A stretch of DNA of 34,421 nt. Origin: Macrostomum lignano. Lineage: Eukaryota. Both the position numbers and the translations under genes were made by a program. The stretch spans positions 1 through 34,421 of the forward strand of contig NIVC01004815.1 in the NCBI GenBank assembly GCA_002269645.1, given 5' to 3'. Of this stretch, positions 12,801 to 22,375 are shown one piece after another. The notes below the pieces were generated by a model that was not told the origin of the DNA, did no database searches, and was given only the letters and a program-made list of their open reading frames with translations. How positions within the stretch are numbered: the stretch's first letter is position 1; every line of letters starts with the position of its first letter.

Positions 12801-13696
12801 CGCCCCGATTAACGAACTCACAAGCAGATACTCAACAAGGTTCAGCATCACATGCTCTCTTTCTAGACTGGACATTTGTGGCTATAAAAGAATTCGTGCT
12901 TTGAAAATGGGGTATTATTCGTACTTCACTAGAGCTAAGTCAATACAGGCCAATATGGTCATACCTCAAATTTCCATATCTCTCCTTAGCAGCACGCGCA
13001 ACCAAGGCCAACGGTTGTGCTGCTCAATATCTGGAATGCTCAGATTTTCTGTAAAATAAAAAAATTGAATTAGCAAGTCGGTTATCGCCGTGACCCCCGG
13101 CCGTTGAGTAGCGCGCAGCATTTCAACTCTTAGCTCGTACTCTCCAACTCTCCGAATCCACTCTCTTCTCTTCTCTTGAAAACATGCGGCAAGACTCTCG
13201 AGACGATCTCTTTGCAGAATTCCGTATGTTGCCCGGGCAAGTGAAACTTTTCATTCGAGAGGGAATCATATAGTGGGCGAAGGCAGCAGGCAGTAGCCGT
13301 ATAAAAATAATATGAGTTAGTAATATAGTGAAAATCCAATCTAAGTCAAGTCATGCCAAGCAGCTAATAAAAAAGTCTTTCTTTTTTCCGGCACTACCCA
13401 AAGTCTCTTGGCGGGCTTGGCGAGCACTTTAATTGCAATAGTATTTTCACTAAATGTAGGTTATCCTATCTTTTTCTGGGGGCTAGATGACTGCTTGAGC
13501 TCTGGGTCGAGTCGATGTGCGGTTCGTCACTCAATTGCTGTTTTGCTAGTAGCTGTCTAACAACCAACGCTGACGGAAATTCTGGGGCCCGTGCTATAGA
13601 ATCAGGAGTTAGGAGCTAGGACTCAAGAGTACTCTTGACAAGGAGTGATTGACTTTTGTGTGCTATAGATTTCAGGAGTTAAGAGTTAGGAGCCAG

Positions 13697-14645
13697 GGGC
13701 CCGTGCTATAGAATACTCTTAACTCCTAAATCCTTAAGAGTGTCCTAACTCCTAGCTCCTAGCTGGCTTTTCTGTGCTATAGAATCAAGAGTAAATTTTA
13801 AGAGCTAGGAGGCTCCTTAAGGACGTTAGGATACTCCTTGGTGAATTTAGGAGACCTCATTAAGGTTTGTAGCGTGCTATAGAATAAGGAGCGGAGCGTA
13901 GGAGCTAGGAATTGCCGTTTAGGAGTGAGTTTTAGGAGTGCGTGTCCTATAGAAGGAGCGAAACTCATTTCTAGCTCCTAACTCCTAGTTAAGACTTCAA
14001 GGGCCAAACTTCACTCTTAGGTTATAGTAGGATCGTGTGATTCGTTTCTTTTTTCATGTTTTCGGACAGTGAGCTAGGCTCGGACGATGAGGGAGCTAAT
14101 GATCGACGACCCAGACAATTTAAGCAGAGGATTAACTTTTTTGAAGAATATAATAGAAGAATATAATATCATGTTGTCCCAAACTTTATCTCGGACATAT
14201 TTCCAATCTTTGTTTGGAGGAGTCGGGTCGAAACCAAACTCTTGGCGACATTCAAGGATGACCTCTCTCCACATTTCAATCTTGAGTGCTTTTGTTATTG
14301 TTGGCGAAAAAGCACCGAAAAGTACGTCTTTTCGAGCCGCAATCGCTTAAACAAACTTTTTGGTTTGCTTGCATTGTTTGAATTCACGAATTGCTCCTAT
14401 AATTACTCCTTAAGGTGCGTACATTTAGGAGTTTAATATAGCACGCAGATTGGCAGACTCCTTAGCCAATTGCCTTACGCTCCTTAGACTCCTCCTCACT
14501 CCTATGCTGCACTCCTTAAAACAACTCCTAGCTCCTAACTCTGATTCTTGAACTCTATAGCACACAAAATCGATTCGCTCCTTGCTAGGAGCACTCCTGA
14601 CTCCTAACTCCTTACTCTTTGCTCTTAAATCTATAGCACGGGCCC
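13697..14645 (-). mobile_element. Inner non-autonomous PIF/Harbinger element
   Basis: Perfect 16-bp TIRs GGGCCCGTGCTATAGA (13697-13712) / TCTATAGCACGGGCCC (14630-14645), 3-bp TSD CAG (13694-96, 14646-48), repeated GTGCTATAGA subterminal motifs and a Myb/SANT-like relic inside. Confidence 0.88.
14074..14374 (-). pseudogene. Harbinger Myb/SANT-like DNA-binding protein relic
   Basis: Minus-strand AIAARKDVLFGAFSPTITKALKIEMWREVILECRQEFGFDPTPPNKDWKYVRDKVWDNM resembles the Myb/SANT-like trihelix domain of Harbinger ORF2. The ATG at 14374 is separated from it by a frameshift and a TAA. Confidence 0.72.
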
Positions 14646-15050
14646 CAGGAGTTCTTGCAAGGAGTGCAGCCTAGGAGTGGGGTGTGTTCAAGTAGTGTTG
14701 CGCAATCGTTTTAGGATGATAGAGAATTGTGTGCTATATCACAATCCTAACTTTACGCTCCTTAAGGATTGAATCTCAGGAGTGAAAATGCAAATTGCTC
14801 AAAAAATATCATTTGTGAGAGCCGTCTCTGCACGCAAAGAGGTTCTCTCAAGAGGTCCCAAAGGACACGCCTTACGACATATCCATGTGAAATTCCGTGT
14901 GCGTGTGCATTCTCAGGGCCGACTTGATTAATGCTCAAAGGTCCCTGTGACAAACTACATTTTTAAGGTTTGCTACACAATTCAATTCACAACGTTAATG
15001 TACGGGTGCAGCCATCATGTCGATTTTTACCACTTTGACTGGCCTTGCAG

Positions 15051-15851
15051 CTTCTTCACGAGCAAATCCACAGGCAGTGCGGCTGCCTGGACAGCACGAT
15101 CCCCTTGCCCGACTCGCTGCAGCACAGCAAAGCCGACTACTGCGGTCGCATCCCGGACCCGCAGTTCTCCTTGGTGAAGAACGCCACCGTGCTGTCCAAC
15201 TCGCTCACCAGTGAAACTCGGCACAGGCTCGCCAAGTTCTACGGCGTCCAGACCGACAGCATCCAGCTGCCCAGCTTCATCAGCGACGCGGAGTTCAAAG
15301 CCTTCCTAAGTCGAGTCACCTGCAACATGGAGGTATTCATCAAAGCCGACGAGGTCACCATCGACAAGTGCTTCACGCCGTGCACATTCTACAGCTACGA
15401 CACGACAATCAGCACTACAAACTGGCCGACCAAGGCCTACCTGTACGAATTTGTCAACGATTTCGCAGCAATTAAATCTCGAATCGAAAGTCGACAGGTG
15501 CGTAGGAGCTCAGCGTCGTACCTGGAGCCAATCTATCAGGATCTGAAGCGGTTGTATGAGCCAGTCTACCGAATGGCTCAGACCAACCAGACTGAAGCCA
15601 ACAGGATGCTGCGGGAGATTGACTATGTGCAGAACAACTTCATCGAGATTTTAATCAATCGAGGCAAATCGAATTTCGATATTGAAAGAATCGAAGAGAA
15701 AGCGGTGATCTCGCTCACCTCGCTGCTGAGTCAGATCGGCGGCCTGCTGTCAATCTGGGTTGGCTTGACTTTTGTCTGCATTGTAGAAGTGATCGAACTG
15801 CTGTACAATATTGTTGTAATGTGCACCTCAAGACGACTGCCCGAGAATTGA
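15051..15851 (+). CDS. DEG/ENaC channel, coding exon 3: thumb, TM2, C-terminus
   Basis: Acceptor tggccttgcag|CTT (phase 0). QCGC, YC, TC, KCFTPC cysteines; TNWPT; TM2 LLSQIGGLLSIWVGLTFVCIVEVIELL; stop TGA 15849-51. Joined spacing C-x3-L-x8-CGC equals ASIC spacing. Confidence 0.95.
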   Translation, partial: LLHEQIHRQCGCLDSTIPLPDSLQHSKADYCGRIPDPQFSLVKNATVLSNSLTSETRHRLAKFYGVQTDSIQLPSFISDAEFKAFLSRVTCNMEVFIKADEVTIDKCFTPCTFYSYDTTISTTNWPTKAYLYEFVNDFAAIKSRIESRQVRRSSASYLEPIYQDLKRLYEPVYRMAQTNQTEANRMLREIDYVQNNFIEILINRGKSNFDIERIEEKAVISLTSLLSQIGGLLSIWVGLTFVCIVEVIELLYNIVVMCTSRRLPEN

Positions 15852-15930
15852 CTGCTTCTTGTGACGGTGGCTGGCACTGGGTGTCCATTGTAGCTGAAGC
15901 AACCGAGAGGTGTTGGCTCCAGCTCCGGAC

Positions 15931-17032
15931 ATCTGAGGTGATAGCGCCTAAACTAAAGGATCTGAGGTGATGGCGCCAAAACTGAAGGATCTGAGGTGAT
16001 GGCGCCAAAACTGAAGGATCTGAGGTGATGGCACCAAAACTGAAGGATCTGAGGCAATGGCGCCAAAACTGAAGGATCTGAGGTGATGGCACCAAAACTG
16101 AAGAACTGAGGTGATGGCGCCAAAACTGAAAGATCTGGGCTGATGGAACCAAAACTGAAGAACTGAGGTGATGGCACCAAAACTGAAGGATCTGAGGCAA
16201 TGGCGCCTAAACTGAAGGATCTGAGGCAATGGCACCAAAACTGAAGGATCTGAGGCAATGGCGCCAAAACTGAAGGATCTGAGGCAATGGCGCCAAAACT
16301 GAAGGATCTGAGGCAATGGCGCCAAAACTGAAGGATCTGAGGCAATGGCGCCAAAACTGAAGGATCTGAGGCAATGGCGCCAAAACTGAAGGATCTGAGG
16401 CAATGGCGCCAAAACTGAAGGATCTGAGGCAATGGCGCCTAAACTTAAGGATCTGAGGCGATGGCACCAAAACTGAAGGATCTGAGGCAATGGCGCCAAA
16501 ACTGAAGGATCTGAGGCTATGGCACCAAAACTGAAGAACTGAGGCAATGGCGCCAAAACTGAAGGATCTGAGGCGATGGCACCAAAACTGAAGGATCTGA
16601 GGCGATGGCACCAAAACTGAAGAACTGAGGCAATGGCGCCAAAACTGAAGGATCTGAGGCGATGGCGCCAAAACTGAAGGATCTGAGGTGATGGCACCAA
16701 AACTGAAGAACTGAGGTGATGGCGCCAAAACTGAAGGATCTGAGGCAATGGCGCCAAAACTGAAGGATCTGGGCTGATGGAACCAAAACTGAAGGATCTG
16801 AGCTGATGGCGCCAAAACTGAAGCATCTGAGGCGATGGCACCCAAGCTGAAGAATCTGAGCTGATGGCGCCAAAGCTGAAGGATCTGAGCTGATGGCACC
16901 AAAATTGCCAAAACGGAAGGATCTGAGGTGATGGCGCCAAAGCGGAAGGATCTGAGGTGATGGCGCCAAAGCGGAAGGATCTGAGGTGATGGCGCTAAAA
17001 CTAAAGAATCTGAGGTGATGGCGCTAAAGCTA
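15931..17032. repeat. 29-bp minisatellite (CTGAGGCAATGGCGCCAAAACTGAAGGAT)n
   Basis: About 38 tandem units (28-bp GAAGAACT variants) starting 80 bp after the channel stop codon. Confidence 0.97.
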
Positions 17033-17459
17033 AAGTGGTGAAAAATGTTGTATTTTGCACAAAAAAATTGCCCATTCAAATCTACATGTGCTCACTGCGC
17101 TCATAGCAACCGTAAGAAGCAATCAGGTCATTAGGAAACTGCGGGCTTATTGTATTTATAAAGTTAAGCGATCAGATGCTATTGTTACAATATATTATTC
17201 GTTTATAAACAAGAAGCAAGTAATCAGGAAAGCGGTTATTTCAAGAGTACTGTAATTAATCTTGGTGCGTTACTAACTGTCGGATCGGAGAAGCATTGAG
17301 TTCCTTCATTTTAAATTATTAATATTTGATATTTACGCTCATACTAACAATATACACTGCATCCGCACTTCTTCATTGCATTGCATTCTCAGACTGTACG
17401 GACTTCAAAAGAATTTGGACATTGCGATTCAAAACCGCTTTACTCATGACGTCACGAGG

Positions 17460-17877
17460 TGAAGAGTGGGGATTGTGTGAAGATTGGGAATTATGTGAAG
17501 ATTGGGGATTGTGTGAAGATTGGGAATTATGTGAAGATTGGGGATTGTGTGAAGATTGGGAATTATGTGAAGATTGGGGATTGTGTGAAGATTGGGAATT
17601 ATGTGAAGATTGGGAATTGTGTGAAGACTAGGATTGTGTGAAGACTAGGATTGTGTGAAGATTGTGAATTGTGTGAATATTTGGGAATTGTGTGAAGAGT
17701 GGGGATTGTATGAGGATTAGGGATTGCGTGAAGAGTGGGGATTGTATGAGGATTAGGGATTGTGTGAAGAGTGGGGATTGTATGAGGATTAGGGATTGTG
17801 TGAAGAGTGGGGATTGTATGAGGATTAGGGATTGTGTGAAGAGTGGGGATTGTATGAGGATTAGGGATTGTGTGAAG
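17460..17877. repeat. 18-bp minisatellite, left segment (GATTGGGAATTATGTGAA to GATTAGGGATTGTGTGAA)
   Basis: Tandem 18-mers, same family as 19530-21441; ends abruptly at a CAGGGG terminus. Confidence 0.96.
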
Positions 17878-18117
17878 CAGGGGTGTCGGAACCTGGGCGG
17901 GGGGTGCACGGGGGGGGGCTAGAGCCCCCCCACCACTTTTTAGCATGATCCTGCAAGTGCCCTTTTTGAATTTCAAGCAAGTGTCCGCCGATTTTCGGCT
18001 TTGGCTTTTCTGAGTCTTGGAAGCTTTGGGTACCAGCTGATGTAAAAGTTCATGTTGTTCTCGATCCCATTCCACTACAGTTTTTATCTAATGTGCCGAA
18101 GCCTAGTGCTTTTAGTG

Positions 18118-19199
18118 CAGGGGTCAGCAAACTTTTTACCTCAAGGGCCAGAAGATTGAGAACAGCCTGACTGCCCTTCTGCATCGGTCCGCTTCGCTGG
18201 GCCCCCTAAGCGAAATGCGCGCCCAGGAATCCCTGATGACTGCGGGCTATAGGGAGAGAGGATGGGGAATGGAGAACAGAAATACGAGCGCAGGAGAATG
18301 GAGAGGCGAAGGAATAAAGGAGAAGAGAGTAGACAAGAAGAGAGATAACATAGGAGAAGAGAGAGGAGAGGGGAGATGAATGAGGAGTGGAGAGTCGAAA
18401 TTAATGAGACAGGAGATAAGAAGAGGAGAGAGGAGGGAAGGGAGAAGAGAATGGAGAGAAAACGGAGATGAGAGGATAGGATAGGAAAGGAGAGGAGATG
18501 AGAGGAGAGGAGATAGGTAAAGAGATGAGGGGAGAGGATAGAGGTGAGGAGATGAGAGGTGAGGATAGAGTTGAGGAGATGAGAGGCGAGGAGAGAGGAG
18601 AGGAGAGGAGAGGAGAGAGGTGAGGAAATGAGAGGAAAGAAGAGAGGAGAGGAGATAGGTAAAGAGATGAGAGGAGAGGACAGAGTTGAGGAGATGAGAG
18701 GAGAGGATAAGAAATTAGAGGAGAGAGTTGAGGAGATGAGAGGAGAGGAGAGAGGTGAGGAGATAAGAGGAGAGGAGAGAGATGAGGAGAGGAGATAGGT
18801 GAGGAGATGAGAGGTGAGGAGAGAGGTGAGGAGAGGAGATAGGTGTGGAGATGAGAGGAGAGGACAGAGGTGAGGAGATGAGAGGAGAGGATAAGAAATT
18901 AGAGGAGAGAGTTGAGGAGATGAGAGGAGAGGAGAGAGGTGAGGAGATAAGAGGAGAGGAGAGAGATGAGGAGAGGAGATAGGTGTGGAGATGAGAGGAG
19001 AGGACAGAGGTGAGAAGATGAGAGGTGAGGAGAGGAGCGGAGAGGAGATTAGAGGAGACTATGAGAAGAGAGAGCTGAGAAGAGACACAAACATCGAGCG
19101 GGCCGGATTGCTATTGTGAAGATTTAAAGGACCCAAGGGCCGGATAGAGAGGCTTTGCGGGGCACATTTGGCCCTCAGGCCGGAGTTTGCCAACCCCTG
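18118..19199. mobile_element. hAT (Charlie-like) MITE
   Basis: TIRs CAGGGGTCAGCAAACT / AGTTTGCCAACCCCTG (14/16), 8-bp TSD ttttagtg / ttttagta (7/8, central TA), typical subterminal AAGGGCC(A/G)GA motifs. Confidence 0.88.
18250..19082. repeat. Polypurine GA-rich low-complexity tract (GAGGA/GAGAT-based) inside the MITE
   Basis: Almost pure A/G on the + strand with internal ~100-bp duplications. Confidence 0.93.
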
Positions 19200-19529
19200 T
19201 TTTAGTATTCAGCCCTTTTACTTTGGCATCTCTGATCGAAATTCCGAGTCCGCCGCAATCCCAAGACTTAAACCGCTTCTGGCGCTGCAACCAAAAGCAC
19301 TAAAATGGCGTCAGATAAAAGAATAAAGAGTCAGCGCCAAGAGGAACTGAAGGAGGCAGCCAAGAGATCCAGAAAATTACTGGTCTTGCCCAGGCAATTT
19401 TCATTCATTTCATTTCAGAGATATTTACTAAATACATGTAAATTGATAGTGCAGTGCAGTTGCGCAATGTTAGAATTTGTTGAAAATTCGAACATTTTTC
19501 TGACTTTTGGCCACTTCCAACACTGTATG

Positions 19530-21441
19530 AGAAATTGTATAAGGATTAGGGATTGTGTGAAGATTAGGGATTGTGTGAAGAGTGGGGATTGTATGAGGAT
19601 TAGGGATTGTGTGAAGATTAGGGATTGTGTGAAGAGTGGGGATTGTATGAGGATTAGGGATTGTGTGAAGATTAGGGATTGTGTGAAGATTAGGGATTGT
19701 GTGAAGAGTGGGGATTGTATGAGGATTAGGGATTGTATGAGGATTCGGGATTGTGTGAAGATTAGGGATTGTGTGAAGAGTGGGGATTGTATGAGGATTA
19801 GGGATTGTGTGAAGATTAGGGATTGTGTGAAGAGTGGGGATTGTATGAGGATTAGGGATTGTGTGAAGATTAGGGATTGTGTGAAGATTAGGGATTGTGT
19901 GAAGAGTGGGGATTGTATGAGGATTAGGGATTGTATGAGGATTAGGGATTGTGTGAAGATTAGGGATTGTGTGAAGAGTGGGGATTGTATGAGGATTAGG
20001 GATTGTGTGAAGATTAGGGATTGTGTGAAGAGTGGGGATTGTATGAGGATTAGGGATTGTGTGAAGATTAGGGATTGTGTGAAGAGTGGGGATTGTATGA
20101 GGATTAGGGATTGTGTGAAGATTAGGGATTGTGTGAAGATTAGGGATTGTGTGAAGAGTGGGGATTGTATGAGGATTAGGGATTGTATGAGGATTAGGGA
20201 TTGTGTGAAGATTAGGGATTGTGTGAAGAGTGGGGATTGTATGAGGATTAGGGATTGTGTGAAGATTAGGGATTGTGTGAAGAGTGGGGATTGTATGAGG
20301 ATTAGGGATTGTGTGAAGATTAGGGATTGTGTGAAGATTAGGGATTGTGTGAAGAGTGGGGATTGTATGAGGATTAGGGATTGTATGAGGATTCGGGATT
20401 GTGTGAAGATTAGGGATTGTGTGAAGAGTGGGGATTGTATGAGGATTAGGGATTGTGTGAAGATTAGGGATTGTGTGAAGAGTGGGGATTGTATGAGGAT
20501 TAGGGATTGTGTGAAGATTAGGGATTGTGTGAAGATTAGGGATTGTGTGAAGAGTGGGGATTGTATGAGGATTAGGGATTGTATGAGGATTAGGGATTGT
20601 GTGAAGATTAGGGATTGTGTGAAGAGTGGGGATTGTATGAGGATTAGGGATTGTGTGAAGATTAGGGATTGTGTGAAGAGTGGGGATTATATGAGGATTA
20701 GGGATTGTATGAGGATTAGGGATTGTGTGAAGATTAGGGATTGTGTGAAGAGTGGGGATTGTATGAGGATTAGGGATTGTGTGAAGATTAGGGATTGTGT
20801 GAAGATTAGGGATTGTGTGAAGAGTGGGGATTGTATGAGGATTAGGGATTGTATGAGGATTAGGGATTGTGTGAAGATTAGGGATTGTGTGAAGAGTGGG
20901 GATTGTATGAGGATTAGGGATTGTGTGAAGATTAGGGATTGTGTGAAGATTAGGGATTGTGTGAAGAGTGGGGATTGTATGAGGATTAGGGATTGTGTGA
21001 AGATTAGGGATTTTGTGAAGAGTGGGGATTGTATGAGGATTAGGGATTGTGTGAAGATTAGGGATTGTGTGAAGATTAGGGATTGTGTGAAGAGTGGGGA
21101 TTGTATGAGGATTAGGGATTGTGTGAAGATTAGGGATTGTGGGAAGATTAGGGATTGTGGGAAGAGTGGGGATTGTATGAGGATTAGGGATTGTGTGAAG
21201 ATTAGGGATTGTGTGAAGATTAGGGATTGTGTGAGGATTAGGAATTGTGTGAGTGATTAGGGATTGTGTGAGGATTAGGGATTGTGTTAAGATTAGGGAT
21301 TGTGTGAATATTGGGGATTGTGTGAAGAATGGAGATTGTGTGAAGATTGGGGATTGTGTGAAGAATGGAGATTGTGTGAAGATTGGGGATTGTGTGAAGA
21401 TTGGGGATTGTGTGAAGAGTGGAGATTGTGTGAAGATTGGG
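19530..21441. repeat. 18-bp TTAGGG-containing minisatellite with an 11-unit (198-bp) higher-order repeat
   Basis: Units GATTAGGGATTGTGTGAA / GAGTGGGGATTGTATGAG in ordered 3+4+4 blocks; degenerate edge units. Confidence 0.97.
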
Positions 21442-22293
21442 GTTTTGTACTCAGAGCCTGCAGCAGCCAAAATCAAGCAAAATAACAAAAAATACTTTGA
21501 AAAAGAACGCACTACACGTAAATTTTAGTAGAAAATGCAACAAATTTACACGCATTAAGGAATATTGTTCCAGTAACATTGGTTGAAATTGCCAAAAGCT
21601 CAAAAGAAGTCAATTTTCTTCGCAGAAATTTCCCTACGGAGCAATTGCCCTTCGCCACCCTCGAGTAATTACTCTCCAATAATCGATTTGCATGCATCGA
21701 TGAACTCGAAAGGCCCGGATGTCCCGTGTAACGAGAACGCGCCTTCGAAGACTCTGATTGGATTAAGCAAAGTGCCACCCATCAGGACTGGAAGTCAGCG
21801 CGCGCAGACGGCAGCTCTGAGGCGTGGAATGAAAAAGTGTGCAAACACGGCAGGGAATTCCGGATCCCCACAGGCTGCAAGCATCCGATGGGAAAATTGG
21901 GAGAAAGAATTCACGAACAAGTTTTGTAGGCCGAGACCAAGAAAATTTAAATCCACTGCAGTTCCCTCCAGCGGTAGCGCCTGCTGGAGCCTTAATTTGC
22001 GCGTTTGCCTCTCAAACAGATCCCCATCTCACTCTCACTCCCTCTTCACCCCGTGAACTACTCAAGATGCAGCTGTCTTCGACAAGCGGTCTGTCGCGTC
22101 TATTTTGTTTGCCTACATATATGAGTAAAGCTAGTATATAATAGTGTGCATGCATTATTCGTACATATGTATTCACAAGACAGCGCTGGTCGTTTGAATT
22201 GCCTGTTAGACTTTTTTTACGTCATGAATATACCTTAGGCTTGGCCTATCGGTTATAGAGATAAAATTTGATCAGTTTGATTTGTTTCTCACT

Positions 22294-22375
22294 CAGGGGC
22301 GCCAGCACCGGGGGCGTCAGCACTGGGGGCGCCAACAACAGGGGGCTCCGCGAGGGCGCCAACACTGGAAGGCGC
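22294..22375. repeat. Short degenerate cluster (~5 units) of the 15-bp GGCGCCCC repeat, inverted relative to 2511-3448
   Basis: aggggcgccagcacc (22295-22309) is the exact reverse complement of the 2511 unit; following units decay. Confidence 0.75.

Larger units (their letters stand above)
13585..14950 (+). mobile_element. Outer PIF/Harbinger-type element (right end missing), interrupted by a related element
   Basis: Left TIR GGGCCCGTGCTATAGA at 13585 preceded by CTG; subterminal GTGCTATA repeats continue at ~14731. ORF start at 14788 MQIAQKISFVRAVSARKEVL is homologous to the Myb-like ORF of the inner element. No right TIR found. Confidence 0.7.
17878..19525 (+). mobile_element. hAT-like element remnant inserted in the 18-bp array; right end degenerate
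   Basis: Left terminus CAGGGGTGTCGGAACC followed by G/C-run subterminal motifs; possible eroded right TIR ttccaacactg (19515-25). MASDKRIKSQRQEELKEAAKRSRKLL at 19305 resembles the basic N-termini of hAT transposases. No clean TSD. Confidence 0.55.

Noticed and set aside
10788-12875. 460-620-aa minus-strand ORFs (LHKLESSQARIFTSSN)
   Set aside because: A 16-bp unit cycles through all three frames; it is an intronic stop-free satellite strand.
12801-13584. Possible extra channel exon in the unique part of the large intron
   Set aside because: Direct joining of 10689 to 15051 already gives the exact ASIC cysteine spacing, and no channel-like peptide was seen here.
14762-14953. AHGISHGYVVRRVLWDL as a Harbinger transposase HTH fragment
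   Set aside because: Position is plausible but similarity is too short and loose to call without an HMM search.
15715-17079. Hydrophobic, membrane-protein-like minus-strand ORFs
   Set aside because: 29-bp satellite translation; the apparent hydrophobicity is compositional.
19530-21441. Interstitial telomere or chromosome-fusion scar
   Set aside because: TTAGGG never occurs as consecutive hexamers and there is no head-to-head TTAGGG/CCCTAA junction.
19305-21528. 651-aa Cys-rich (KIRDCV)n and 680-aa His/Pro-rich ORFs suggesting metal-binding repeat proteins
   Set aside because: An 18-bp repeat open on both strands, with variation patterned at DNA level and no gene structure; only the first ~26 aa at 19305 look like a transposase remnant.
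21583-22141. 157-aa and overlapping ORFs in unique GC-richer DNA
   Set aside because: No recognisable domain in the frames I read, and no convincing splice sites; left unannotated.
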